Assembly: GCA_951406725.2 (NCBI GenBank)
Contig: OX597824.1
Location: forward strand, 69,998,001-70,062,000
Length of the DNA: 64,000 nt
Source: Octopus vulgaris
Lineage: Eukaryota
Direction: 5' to 3'
Part shown: positions 1 through 16,648 of the stretch, in pieces
Layout: the number at the start of each line of letters is the position of its first letter
How positions within the stretch are numbered: the first letter of the stretch is position 1
Program-made: the position numbers and the translations under genes
Notes under the pieces: generated by a model
The model's database searches: none
What the model was told of the DNA's origin: nothing
Seen by the model: only the letters and a program-made list of their open reading frames with translations

Positions 1-5
1 CCTCA

Positions 6-80
<75 letters not shown>

Positions 81-193
81 GAAATTTCACACATCACGCA
101 CTTGACACTGGATTCCAGCTAAAGTATCAGCCGAAACCAACCTTTAGATTGCCAAATCCATAATTTTGCATTAGCCACAATTACTTTTAGCGC

Positions 194-538
194 GTGAAGG
201 CGCGTGGCTCAGTGGTTAGAGCGTCGAGCTTACGATCGTGAGGTTGTGAGCTCGAATTCCGGACCGGGCTGCGTGTTGTGTTCTTGAGCAAGACACTTTA
301 TTTCGCGTTGCTCCAGTTCACTTAGCTGTAGAAATGAGTTCCGACGTCACAGGTGCCAAGCTGTATCGGCCCTTGCCTTTCCCTTGGACAACATCGGTGA
401 CGTGGAGAGGGGAGGCCGGTGTGCATGGGCAACTGCTGGTCTTCCATAAAACAACCTTGCCCAGACTTGTGCCTCAGAGGGTAACTCTCTAGGTGCAAAC
501 CCATGGTCAGTGTCTGACCGAAGGGGGTTACCACCACC
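194..538 (+). mobile_element. tRNA-derived SINE, family A (CORE-like central domain), full length
   Basis: A-box TGGCTCAGTGG and B-box-like GCTCGAATTCC; central TGTGTTCTTGAGCAAGACACTT; (ACC)n tail; 11-bp target-site duplication ACTTTTAGCGC at 183-193 and 539-549. Confidence 0.85.
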
Positions 539-659
539 ACTTTTAGCGCAGGGCTAATTGCATATATATTTAATATAGGATTACTATTTTATACTCAAAA
601 ATAAATGCTTATACGTATGTAGGCATATATAGAGAGATGTATACAATTATGTATTAATA

Positions 660-3070
<2,411 letters not shown>

Positions 3071-3132
3071 GTATATATTCGCAATTCTGACAGTTTATGT
3101 ATGTATCTTTATTTTTCTCATTCGTTATTTAA

Positions 3133-3468
3133 GGAAAGGGCCCACTTCGATCATGAATGACCATGGGATTGTACCTAAAAAGTTCCCCTCCGAGGCACAA
3201 GTCGTCGGGACAAGGAAAACCAACTGTTGCCCATGCATACCAGCCTCCCCTCTGCATGCCACCGATGTTACCCAAGGGAAAGACAACGTTCGATATAGCT
3301 TTGCACCAGTGACGTCGCAACTTATTTCTACAACTGAATGACCTGGGACCTCATGGAATAAAGTCTCTTGCTAAAAAAAACCCAAAAACACAGGCCCCTC
3401 TGGGAATCGAACTCATAACCGCGTGATTGTGAGCTTGACGCACTAACCATTGAGCCATGTTCCTTCAT
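3133..3468 (-). mobile_element. SINE family A, diverged copy
   Basis: Reverse complement aligns by eye with 194-538 (head GAAGGAACATGGCTCAATGGTTAG; body GAGGCACAAGTC, TTGCCCATGCA). Confidence 0.8.
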
Positions 3469-3977
3469 CCGTATGAATGGGAAATTATTTAGTATCTCTG
3501 AATATACTTATCCGAATATATATATATCGTTATTTGAGGAATATTCGTGTATGGTTTTGTATCTGAACGCTTATACGTCATTTTCGACGTGATTAACACG
3601 AGTTTCGATTAGTCGAATCAGTGCACTTTAGAGAGTTTCTTTATTTCAACCAATGGAAAAGAAGCTTATGAATTCATATGAATTCATATACTTAAAGATA
3701 TGACCCATTTCCCCTTCACTTTGTGTATATATGCCGAGGCAAAGAGAAATTTTACTGTTCTTTTTGTGGGGTGTTTGTTTGTTTGTTGTTGTTTTTAACT
3801 TTATGCACGCATTGGTTCGAGTGGATTCAAGTAATATGAACGCTAGTGAAAAGCACTTGCGGTTGAAACAGTGAAAGCTTTCAGTCAAGCACTGGTCTTC
3901 TCAAGAGCTATGGACATTCATTTCAACAATTTCTGTCACCGTTCTCACTCTAAAACGTCTTACTTAATAAAGCAGTG

Positions 3978-4063
<86 letters not shown>

Positions 4064-4140
4064 TGTCTGTCTGTCTGTGTGTCTGTGTGTGTTAATACAG
4101 ACAACCGTGTGCAATGTTTTACTATATATATTTTTTTTCC

Positions 4141-4517
4141 TTCTTTTACCCTTTTATTTGTTAGTCATTTGACTGCGACCATGCTGGAGCACCGCCTTTA
4201 GTCGAACAGATCGACCTCAGGACTCATTCTTTGTAAGCCTAGTACTTATTCCATAGGTCTCTTTTGCCGAAACGCTAAGTTACGGGAACGTAAATACACC
4301 AGCATCGGTTGTCAAGCGATGATGGGGGCACGAACACAGACACATAAAAATACATACACACATACAGTTTCCGTCTAACAAATCTGCTCACAAGGCTTTA
4401 GCCGGCCCGAAGCTATAGCAGAAGACGCTTGCCGAAGGTTCCCCGCAGTGGAACCTTAACCCGGAACCATGTGATTGGGAAGCAAGCTACTTACCACACA
4501 GCCACTCCTGCACCTAT
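4141..4517 (-). mobile_element. SINE family B
   Basis: Reverse complement of the reference copy 23673-24130 (head GGTGCAGGAGTGGCTGTGTGG). Confidence 0.85.
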
Positions 4518-4892
4518 ACATATAAATGTATATATACATATTTAGTAAAACACTGCACACGGCTGTCTATATTAATTTCATATATATAAGGAATAAAAAT
4601 TTAGAAGTGAATATTCATATAGATATTATTATTGTTATTATCATCTGCGGTAATATGAATAGTTGCTAATAACTACAACAATAATATAGGTGGTTGCAGG
4701 CCTAAAATAGCATTAGATAGCAATAGAATTAAAATTTATACACCTACAAGGAAGAGGAGTTAAAACCCTCAATTAAACCACCAATAGCACTGAAAAGTAC
4801 GACAGAAAATTAACAGTAGTCGAGCGAACAGATTTAAAATTTTTTAACAAAACTATATAGCCCAATGCTATATATTTTGGTATTTGGATATA

Positions 4893-4943
4893 TTTGGATC
4901 ATGTTTTCTGATTCTGGCGAAAAACCTTCCCTTCATCAGCAAG
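4893..4943 (-). ncRNA. Type I hammerhead-like motif (degenerate)
   Basis: Minus strand reads cttg CTGATGA n24 GAAA acatga TC caaa; stem II pairs poorly. Confidence 0.45.
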
Positions 4944-5093
4944 ACTTACCAACTGAAAACTTTTTTCAACTCGTCACGTTGAAGTCTGACGGCGTTGAAG
5001 TCTTAAATGTTTTGCGCCAAAATAAGAACAGCTTCAGTGTAAATATATATACTAAGGAGTAAAATGCATGCAACCACCTTTATTATTGTTGTT

Positions 5094-5696
5094 AGGCGGC
5101 GAGCTGGCAGAAATGTTAGCGCGCCGGGTGAAATGCTTAGCGGTATTTCGTCAGCCGTTACGTTCTGAGTTCAAATTCCGCCGAGATCGACTTTGCCTTT
5201 TATCCTTTCGGGGTCGATAAATTAAGTACCAGTTACGCACTGAGGTCGATGTAATCGACTTAATACCTATGTCTGTCCTTGTTTGTCTCCTCTGTGTTTA
5301 GCCCCTCGTGGGTAATAAAGAAATAGGTATTTCGTCAGCCGTTACGTTCTGAGTTCAAATTCTGCCGAGATCGACTTTGCCTTTTATCCTTTCGGAGTCG
5401 ATAAATAAAGTACCAGTTACGCACTGGGGTCGATGTAATCGACATAATCCGTGTGTCGTCTGTCCTTGTTTGTCCCCTCTGTGTTTAGCTCCTTCTGGCT
5501 AGTAAAGAAATAGGTATTTCGTCTGCCGTTGCGTTCTGAGTTCAAATTTCGCCGAGATCGACTTTGCCTTTTATACTTTCAGGGTTGATAAATAAAATAC
5601 CAGTTACGCACTGGGGTCGATCTAATCGACTTAATCCCTTTGTCTGTCCTTGCTTGTCCCCTTTATGCTTAGCCCCTTGAAATTATAAGAAATATA
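5094..5696 (+). mobile_element. SINE family C (Meta/MESC-like domain): one head plus three tandem body units
   Basis: Head GGCGGCGAGCTGGCAG; units start at 5142, 5326 and 5513; 13-bp TSD TATTATTGTTGTT at 5081-5093 and 5697-5709. Confidence 0.85.
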
Positions 5697-5894
5697 TATT
5701 ATTGTTGTTGTTATTAACAACTATATATATTACTGCAGATAATAATAACAATAATAATATCAATATAAATATCCACTTCTGAATATTTACTCTTCTGAAT
5801 ATTTACACTGACGCTGTTTTGATTTTGGCGCAAAACAATTCAGAACGCCCGCAGACTTCAACGTGACGAGTTGAAAATGTTTCAATTGGTAAGC

Positions 5895-5945
5895 CTTGCT
5901 GATGAAGGTAATGTGTTTCGCCAGAATCAGAAATCATGATCCAAG
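5895..5945 (+). ncRNA. Minimal type I hammerhead-like motif
   Basis: cttg CTGATGA n24 GAAA tcatga TC caag: stem I cttg/caag, palindromic stem III, intact core, but weak stem II. Confidence 0.55.
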
Positions 5946-6438
5946 TATATCCAAATACCAAAATATATAGCATTGGACTATTATAGGAATGTTAAAAAAT
6001 TCTTTAACTCGTTCGACCGACTACTATTCATTTTCTGTCATATTTTTCTGTGATATTGGTAGTTTAAATGAGGGTTTTAACTTTGCCTGTCATCCTTTCG
6101 GGGTCTTTAAATTAAGTACCAGTGAAACACTGGGATCGATGTAATCGGTTAGTCCCTTCCCGCTAAATTTGAGGCCTTGTGCCTCCAGTAGAAAGGGTTT
6201 TTTTTTTTTCATTAATTCAAAAAAAAATTTATTAATAGAGTTGTTATGATGTATATTGACTCCCTATTTCTATTTTCTTGGGTTGACATCCTGAAAACCG
6301 TTATTAGGGGAAAATTTCCCTAACCTGTTGACGGAACAGGAGTATTTTCAACACCTCAGAATTAAACATACTTTCGAACTTTGGAATGTTGGATAGTGTG
6401 AGAGAATGAAGAGACAGAAGCGTGAGGAGGAGAGGACT

Positions 6439-6442
6439 ATGG

Positions 6443-6496
<54 letters not shown>

Positions 6497-6629
6497 CGAC
6501 GATGAAGATGATGATGATGATGATGACGATGATGACGATGATGGTGACGACGGCGACGACGACGACGACGACGATGATGATGATGATGACGTCGATGATG
6601 ATGATGATGATGACGACGACGACGACATC

Positions 6630-6673
<44 letters not shown>

Positions 6674-6734
6674 CGATGAAGATGATGATGATGATGATAA
6701 TGACGATGATGATGATGATGATAGCGATGATGGT

Positions 6735-6766
<32 letters not shown>

Positions 6767-6836
6767 TGATGATGATGATGATGATGATGACGTCGATGAT
6801 GATGATGATGACGACGACGACGACGATGATGATGAC
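6439..6836. repeat. (GAT/GAC)n trinucleotide tract with an internal higher-order duplication
   Basis: The variant string ATGGTGACGACGGCGACG...GACGTCGATG occurs at ~6541 and ~6730. Confidence 0.9.
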
Positions 6837-7120
6837 CAAGAGGATGAGCAAGGTGGTCCTGGTGCTGGCGTTATATGCTAGTAGAAATGAATGAACGTAA
6901 TGATCAGAACATTGGTTTCGTCGTCATCGTCAGCATAATGAGCAGCAGCAATAGCAACAGCAGCGTCATCATCCTCTTATCATGATCGGGAAAAATCAAT
7001 TACGGGGATGAGGATGAAAAGAGAGAACAGGATTCCGGACGCGACGAAGAATCGAAACAAAGATATATCATACATAGAATGAGACAGAGCAGTGGTGAGG
7101 CGCATGGCGAGAATAATTGG

Positions 7121-7463
7121 GAGAAGAAGAAGAAGAAGAAGAAGAAGAAGAAGAAGAAGAAGAAGAAGAAGAAGAAGAAGAAGAAGAAGAAGAAGAAGAT
7201 GGAGGAGCAGGAGGAGCAGGAAGAGAAGGAGGAGAAGAAGAAGATAAAGAAGAGGAAGAAAAAGAAGAAGAAGAAGAAGAAGAGGTGGAGGAGAAGAAGA
7301 AGAAGAAGAAGAAGATGAAGAAGAAGAAGAAGAAGAAGAAGAAGAAGAAGGAGGAGGAGGAGGAGGAGGAGGAGGAGAAGAAGGAGGAGGAGGAGGAGGA
7401 GGAGGAGAAGAAGAAGAAGAAGAAGAAGAAGAAGAAGAAGAAGAAGAAGAAGAAGAAGAAGAA
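7121..7463. repeat. (GAA/GAG)n polypurine tract
   Basis: Directly visible. Confidence 0.95.
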
Positions 7464-7589
7464 ATTACAGAAAAGTGGCAAAATCAAAAGAAAGGATGAC
7501 TTCCGGTATTCCATTCAGTCCAGAAATGAATCTTCTTTCTTCCTATTGTAAAAACATTCTACAATGTAATATATATATGTATGTATATA

Positions 7590-7659
<70 letters not shown>

Positions 7660-8206
7660 TGCATGTATGTATGTATGCATGTATGTATATATGTTTGCAT
7701 GTATGTATGTATGTTTGCATGTATGTATGTATATGTATGTGTGATTGTGTCTATGGGCACATAACGCCTATATCAATATGTGCATCTATAACTTTATGTC
7801 TGTAATTATGTATGTATGTATACACACACACATATATATATATATCTTTGTGTTTGTGTAATTGCGTATGCATGTATGCGTTGATGAGTGCGGAATCGGT
7901 GTGATAGGGCCAGGCGGGGGTGGGGATGGGGATGGGGGTGGGGGGATGCTGTGACGATGGCATGAGGAGAGGGCGGTTATTTTTCCTCTTCTTGAAAACT
8001 GATCGAGTTAATCGAATTTCTTTTGCGAAAGCAAATCATTATTTTATTAGCATTCTTTAGCGTCATCGTCCGTCCTGTTGCTGTTGGCTGCTCGTGGTAG
8101 TCGTATCGTCTGCTCAATCAAATTAGCTTTATTTCCATCACCATGCACGCCCAACCATACCGCTACGTACACGATGATCAACCACAAGCTCCACTGTAAA
8201 GATATC

Positions 8207-8273
<67 letters not shown>

Positions 8274-8400
8274 ATGTATATATATATATATATATATACA
8301 TATGTATGTATATATGTATGTATGAATGTATGTATCTATCTGTCTATCTATCTATCTATCTATCTATATCTATCTTTCTATCTATCTATCTATCTATCTA

Positions 8401-8436
<36 letters not shown>

Positions 8437-8662
8437 CACCGCTTCGTCTCTCCTAAAATCGCCGCCACTGCCGAAAAAGTTATTACCCTCAGTAGATGAT
8501 TAGAGATGCTCTGTCTACCACTGCATATACACACTTAGTCACATTCACAAATATGTATACATACACGCGTACATACTTACACAGGAACATTTCAACAATT
8601 ACATATCACTCCGAAAAAAAAGCATACAGATATAATACAAATACACGCATATACATACACAT

Positions 8663-8721
<59 letters not shown>

Positions 8722-8832
8722 TGTGTGTGTATATATACATGTATATATGTTAATGCATATATACGTAAACATATACATATATATGCATATAGAAATACAT
8801 ATACATGTATGTACTTATATACATGTATATAC

Positions 8833-8883
<51 letters not shown>

Positions 8884-8990
8884 AGTGTGTTTGTGTGTAT
8901 GTGTATGTGTGTGTGTATAGATAGATAGACATATCTATCTATATACATATAGATAGATAGATTGAGAGATATATTGATAGACTGATAGAT

Positions 8991-9045
<55 letters not shown>

Positions 9046-9118
9046 CACTTACATGTATGCATGAATACATACACACATGCGCACATGCGCACATACGTAA
9101 CATACATATATGTATATT

Positions 9119-9168
<50 letters not shown>

Positions 9169-9916
9169 AGCCACTCTAAAGCTGTATATCTCTTTATCTC
9201 TTTCTCTCTTTCCCTCTCTGTCTCCTTTCCAAACTCTTTTACCTCACCTCACCACCCATTTTCCCCTCTCCCACCACACCCCCAACACACCCCTCACACT
9301 CCACACCCCACTCCCCACTCCCCACACCCCACTCCCCCTCCAATCTCTAAGGCGTTTCTTTGGTATTTAAGCTTTTCAAACACGACAAACAACTCGACTG
9401 CAACCTCCGTTGGAATTGGCAAATAACGAACGTCTAATTTTGATTCTTTCTTAACACTATTGAAATTGTGTATTCAGCAAGAATGAAAACTTTAGCTAAT
9501 GCGTTTATCTCCCTTTCTAATAACTCTTTTGTACTCGGGTGAATCTTTTCACTGAAGCTATTCTTCCATCGAGTTTCTGTGGAGCTTGTAACCAAAAAGA
9601 AAAGCGATTTCTAACTGAATGTGTCATAAAATGTTTCCTTTCAGCTTGGTTCTTCCTTTAATGTTCTTTTTAGTGAAAATAAATATGGGTATATGTACTT
9701 TTGTCCCGCGGTTTCTGTATATAAATATATAAGAATATATACACATATGGACACACATATAAACACACTAACACGTGCACACACACACGCATTCATTCAC
9801 ACATAAAAACATACACACATACATACACCTACATACACATGCGCTTATATATCTATGTCTCTCTCACACTCTCTCGCTTTCTGTTTCTCTTTCTCCCTCT
9901 CTCTCCCCCCTCTCTG

Positions 9917-10137
<221 letters not shown>

Positions 10138-10454
10138 CAGTTTCGTATATACTCATGCATACAGATGTATGTTGTGTGTGTGTGCGTGTGTGTGCGTATG
10201 CGTATGTGCGTGTATGTACATGTAGGTATGTATATATATGTGCGTCTGTGTGCGCATGTATGTAAGTAAAATGAACGATTCATTTTGTTTGCCTCTCTCT
10301 GTGTCCTCGTGTTGCTCCTTCACTGGTTTGTTTCCTTGCCTTTTTCGTTTTTCCTATATATTTATTTCTGTTGATTTATGCTATATCCTATAATTGATCT
10401 CTATATATAATTATCACATTCATATAGCGGATCTACAATTATAATTCACCCTTT

Positions 10455-10513
<59 letters not shown>

Positions 10514-10529
10514 ATAATATATGTATATG

Positions 10530-10600
<71 letters not shown>

Positions 10601-10824
10601 CATTTAGATATATTTCGGCTAAAGATTGCCCATGAATGTAGAAAGATGTGCGTATACACTTAAGCAAACGTATTTATGAGAGTATGTGATTCACCAGCAA
10701 CATATAAAGACACAGGCGCAAACTTTTACGTACGTAAATACACTCATGCATACATACATACATACACACAGACAGACAACAGACAGACAGACATATATAT
10801 AATACAGAAACATACGCACATACA

Positions 10825-10862
<38 letters not shown>

Positions 10863-10938
10863 CACGATTCATTCATACGTATATATATGTACACATATAT
10901 CGAGACAGACACACAAACGTATGCAGATATATACATAG

Positions 10939-10976
<38 letters not shown>

Positions 10977-11254
10977 GCATATATGCGTGCATACATGCAT
11001 GTATACATACATGCAGACATACATATATAGAAAGAGACAGACAAACATATGCACCTAAATACGTATATGGTTAAATGCATACATACATGCCTATGTAACA
11101 CAATCATGCATACTTGTATAGAAACACGCACGGATGCATGCATTCCAAAATACATATATACATTCTTACGTGCATGCACATGCATGTACGTACATTCAGG
11201 CATCCATCAAGCCATCCATCTATCCATACATACATACATACATACATACATACA

Positions 11255-11287
<33 letters not shown>

Positions 11288-11587
11288 GCGTATATACGCG
11301 TGTCTAGTTTTTGTTTGATAGTGTATATGCGCTAGTTTGATTCTCGTGATTCACTTTGTCGCGTACAACGAGTTCCTTACCTTCGTACGTATGTGACGTC
11401 AGCCCACTTAAATATACATCTGAATACATACGTACACACACACACATATATATATATGTATGTATGCATGTATGTATGTAAGTATATATATATATACACA
11501 TGCATATATATATATATATATATGTATATTCAGAGATAGATGTGTGTGTATGAATGAATGAATACATTAATATACTTAATATATATA

Positions 11588-11620
<33 letters not shown>

Positions 11621-11680
11621 CGTGTGTGTTTATATGTCTATTTATCTATATACATATATAATATAATATAATATAATATC

Positions 11681-11786
<106 letters not shown>

Positions 11787-12569
11787 ATATATATGTATGT
11801 ATACCGTATATACATACATATTTACCGACATGCGCATACGCTTACACATATACACACTTCCATACAAATAATGTCTCCATTTTGTCACGGCACTGACCGT
11901 ATCTTTTTCTCAAATTGAATAATTGTGTTCGTTGCTGTCGTCATCATTGATGCTGTTGTTGTTGTTGTTGCTGTCATCCTTACAATAGAGATCAATACTT
12001 ATTACTTACTATTACCATCGAAGTTCAGAACAGCTTCACGTTTCCTTTTTTACCTTCTTTCCTGTCATTTTTACTTAAATTTACCTTCTTTCCTTCTTCC
12101 TTTCTTCGTTTCCTTCTTTTCTCATTCATTTTTTTTCCTATCATTTCTTCCTAATCTTTCTTTCATCCATTTTTTTCCCCGTTATTACTTTTTGTCATCA
12201 AATATTCTACTCTCCTCCATCTTTCATCATCCTTTCATCTGAAGGTGTTGGTTGGCGTTCTTCTATGGTGACAGCAGGAGACAACGATACTAGCCAAATA
12301 AATAAATAAATGAGAGATAAATAAATAATAAATAAATAATTAATAAATAAGACATATATAAAGTACAAAGCGACGAAGTGAAAATCAAAAATGTATTAAT
12401 AAACGATAACACTGTTGTGTCTTTCGGCGTGTGTCGTCTGCTGTCGAAAGCAATTGTGGGTATGTTCTGTTCTGATGCTTCAGCGATCATTAGGACAATG
12501 CTGCTAGAATTTGGAAGCCTCTTCAAGCAATCCTGTCATACTTTAAATTTTTTTGATATATATATCGTT

Positions 12570-12716
12570 TATTCTTTATCTTTTTTTTTTTTGTTTCAGT
12601 CATTAAATTGTGGTCATGCTGAGACACTGCCTTGAAGAATTCTTAGTCGAATGATTCACCCCCGGTAAACAAACAAACACTGGTTTTCAAGCGATGGCAG
12701 GGAACCATACACACAC

Positions 12717-12804
<88 letters not shown>

Positions 12805-13002
12805 ATGCATGTATGTATGTATGTGTGTATACACACATATATATATATATACACACACACGACAGGTTTATTTCAGTTTCCGTCTACCAAATTCACTCTC
12901 AAGGCTTTGGTCAGCCCGTGGCTGTAGTAAAAGGTGCCAAACAGTGGGACTGAGCCTGGAACTATGCGACTGGGAAGCAATCTTCTAACCACACAACCAC
13001 GT
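12570..13002 (-). mobile_element. SINE family B, diverged, internal (CA)n expanded
   Basis: TTTCAGTTTCCGTCTACCAAATTCACTC and CAGTGGGACTGAGCCTGGAAC match the family. Confidence 0.75.
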
Positions 13003-13020
13003 CATACATATATACATACG

Positions 13021-13053
<33 letters not shown>

Positions 13054-13055
<2 letters not shown>

Positions 13056-13272
13056 TTCTTTACTACCCACAAGGGGCTAAACACAGAAGGGACAAACAAG
13101 GACAGACAAACGGATTAAGTCGATTACGTCGACCCCAGTGCGTAAATGGTACTTAATTTATCGACCCCGAAAGGATGAAAGGCAAAGTCGACCTCGGCGG
13201 AATTTGAACTCGGAACGTAACGACAGACGAAATACGGCTGCGCATTTCGCCCGGCGTGCTAACGTTTCTGCC
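13054..13272 (-). mobile_element. SINE family C
   Basis: Reverse complement of 5101-5325 (GAAAGGATGAAAGGCAAAGTCGACCTCGGCGGAATTTGAACTC). Confidence 0.85.
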
Positions 13273-13584
13273 ATACACACACATATATATATACGCATTT
13301 ATACCGATATACATATATACCATATGTATGTATGAATGTATGAATGTATGTATACATGCATGCATGTATGTATGTATGTATGTATGTATGTATGTATGTA
13401 TGTATACATGCATGCATGCATGTATGTATGTATGTATGTATGTATGTATGTATGTAGATATTAGCATAAATTTTTCGACAAAATGTCCATCACGTTAAAC
13501 CAAGAAATGAAGACGATGTGTGCAACAGAAACAACACCAACAACAAAAGAAAACTTGGTCGCCAAGATTTTCAACAATATACTC

Positions 13585-14073
13585 TTCATTGTCGTTGACG
13601 CTGTTGTCGTCGTCGTCGTCGATATCACCGTCGATATCGTCGTCGCTGTCATCATGGTTGTCGTCATCATCATCATCATCATCGTCATCGTCATCATCGT
13701 TATTATCGTTGTCGTCGTCGTCCTCGTTGTCGCCATCATCATCGTCATCGTCATCATCATCATCGTTGTCGTCGACGTTGTCATCAAGATCATCATCGTC
13801 ATCGCCATCGTAATCGTCGTCATTATCATTATCATCATCATCATCATCATCGTCGTCGTCGTCGTCGTTGTTGTCGTTGTCGTTATCATCATCATCTTCA
13901 TCGTCATCATCGTTATCATCGTCGTCCTCGTCGTCCTCGTCTTCCTCGTTGTCGTCATCATCATCTCGACATCGTCGTCATCATCATCATCATCATCATC
14001 GTTGTCGTCGTTGTCATTACCATCATCATCGTCATCGCCATCGTAATCGTCGTCGTCGTCATCATCATCATCA
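13585..14073. repeat. Degenerate (TCA/TCG)n trinucleotide tract
   Basis: Directly visible. Confidence 0.9.
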
Positions 14074-14725
14074 TGTTTTCGATCAGCAGGAGCTAAATAC
14101 CATACGATATGACTTTTGATTGATTGCAATCACCATGTTTCAATTGGAACCGAGTATTCTGTATATGAGAGTTAATATCAACAACTCAAATATTTTTCGG
14201 AACAGCTGTGAACACGAGTTTCTACCTCAATAAGTGTTTTCAGCAAGGCAGTTGTTCTACGTAGACTACATGTAGCTGAGAAACTAAGCCGTGACGTGCA
14301 CAAAGATTAGTAAAATACAGCCATTTTCCAGGTTTTAGAATATATAAAAAATAATATTCCTGAAACGCTGACTTACTTATGCGCTGCCTCGGTATGTGCT
14401 GCCTTTTTGTGAATCATTTACGGTTGTTGAGAAAAGCCTTTAAATGCCAACAATATCATAATGACCCCTTTTAGCATATTGAGTAGGGGTGTTGCAAAAT
14501 TTAATGGTCTTCAAATATTTATCAAGCCACTTCTACGACTCGCCAATCCCTCGCGGTAATCGATTCTGCTTCGTAATGGATCTTGTTCAGGTTTTCGCCG
14601 TTCTCGTTCTTGCGGCTCTTGTATCACTTTCACCACAATCTTTTCGCTCATTCTTCTCCTTTTCCTCCTCCTCCTCCTCCCCCTCCTCCTCCGCCTCTCT
14701 CACTTTCGCTCTTTCCTTTCTCTGT

Positions 14726-14863
<138 letters not shown>

Positions 14864-14967
14864 TCCATCAAGCATTTGTGAAGAATAACATGGTCACTTA
14901 TTGGATTCCAAGGAACCACTCACACGTTGAATCCATTTCTGGCGTTGGGACTGGCAAAGAATCATCA

Positions 14968-15160
14968 TTCTTTCCTACTCTAGGCACAAGGCCCTAAATT
15001 TTGGGGTGGGGGCCAGTCGATTAGATCAACTCCAGTACGTAACTGGTATTTAATTTATCGACCCGGAAAAGATGAAAGGCAACTCAGAACGTAAAGACAG
15101 AGGAAATACCGCTAATCATTTCGCCTGACGAGCTAACGTTTCTGCTAAGCTCGCCGTCTT
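14968..15160 (-). mobile_element. SINE family C, alternative tail type
   Basis: CTAGGCACAAGGCC tail and GCTCGCCGTC head in reverse orientation. Confidence 0.75.
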
Positions 15161-16269
15161 ATAGACTGAATATATATATTGCCCAAGGTACCATGCAGAG
15201 GGACTGAACATGGAACGATGTGGTTGGGAAGTAAGCTTCTCAACCACACAGTCATTTTTGTACCTAATATGTGTGTTTACATTTGTGAAATCGAGTATTG
15301 TGTCTCACTGTGTCTCAAAGGTAGCAGTTCATCAAGCAGAGATTTATAAAATAAATGCCGGATTGAAATACGTACTGAGGTCAGTATTATCAATTAAATT
15401 TTTGAAGGTGATACCCCATCATGGCGACAGTCGAAAGACTAAACCCAGTAAAATAATGTTTAAAGACTTAATGGCTATATATTTAAGGTAATGGATTACT
15501 AACTACAAGATAATGAGTTCCAAACTTCGTATTAAACTTCCACTCTATAAGACTATATATACATCTCAGTGTACTTGACTTCCAACAATTAACAATTGTA
15601 ATTTGAAGTTGAGTGGTTAACAGTAAGAAAGATGTCCAGCTTTCTTAGAAAGTTATTGTGCAAAATATTCTGAGAGAAAGTGATTTTTAACCACAACAAA
15701 ACACACACACACACAAATGTGTGTCTGTCGTAATTCGAGCTACTACAAATAGTAGCCAAATCTCTCTTAAAACACACCCTTTCATCAAAAGACACAAATT
15801 TACTGTATTTCAGGAAGAAAAACAATTATGCGATGGGTCTGCTACATCAGAGGCAGCTCTAGGCTAAACAAAACACTGACAAACATAATTCACATTAAAA
15901 GATTATCTACTAAATAATACTAATATTATGACGGTTTATCTTCGAAATTTCATTATCTGATAAAGCTCCATGTATTTTAAACATTTTCTTATTTTGCTCT
16001 AAGGCATAGATTGTTCAAGTAGAGTTGCTCCCCTTAGCTAAAGTACCGCAAAATTGTGCGACCCAACCTCGCTTTCGAGGTTATTTTTGTAGTAAAAAAT
16101 GAGTTGTGCAAAAAAACATACTTTATTTAGTAGTTGAAACATTACTGTCAAAATCGGCAACTCAGTTTTCGAATCTATAAGGAACATACGCACACAGAGA
16201 CACAGACTTTGTTTTATGCATTGCAATATGTGTGTATATGTGCTTGTGTGTGTGTATACTTGTGTGTGT

Positions 16270-16500
16270 GTGTGTGTGTGCTTGTCCCACCCCCAACATT
16301 GCTTGACAACCGACGCTTATATGCTAATATCCCCGTAATCTAGATGTTCGGCAAAGAGAGACCGATAAAATAAGTACTAGGCTTACAAAGAATAGGTCCT
16401 GGGGTTGATTTCTTCGACTAAAACCCTTTAAGGTGGTGGTCCAGCATGGCTGCAGTCAAATGATGGAAATAAATAAACGCATAGAAGAATAGTAAAAGAA
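16270..16500 (+). mobile_element. SINE family B, 3' half
   Basis: TTGCTTGACAACCGA...CGGCAAAGAGAGACCGAT...CCAGCATGGCTGCAGTCAAATG. Confidence 0.8.
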
Positions 16501-16514
16501 TTCCACCTGAATGC

Positions 16515-16575
16515 TTCCACTACCACCACCCTTACTGCTCCTACCACCTCCACCATCATCTACAACGACCATCAT

Positions 16576-16648
<73 letters not shown>

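Larger units (their letters stand above)
4601..6083. mobile_element. Inverted pair of hammerhead-bearing repeats (Penelope pseudo-LTR-like), interrupted by a SINE C array
   Basis: 4757-5046 is the reverse complement of ~5797-6083. 4601-4697 is the reverse complement of 5069-5093 plus 5710-5781. Each arm carries a CTGATGA...GAAA motif. Confidence 0.6.

Noticed and set aside
198-270. tRNA gene
   Set aside because: It is the tRNA-derived head of a SINE: no proper acceptor stem, and it continues into a SINE body bounded by a TSD.
7912-7945. G-quadruplex-capable GGGG runs
   Set aside because: The motif is real but unremarkable in low-complexity sequence, with no functional context.
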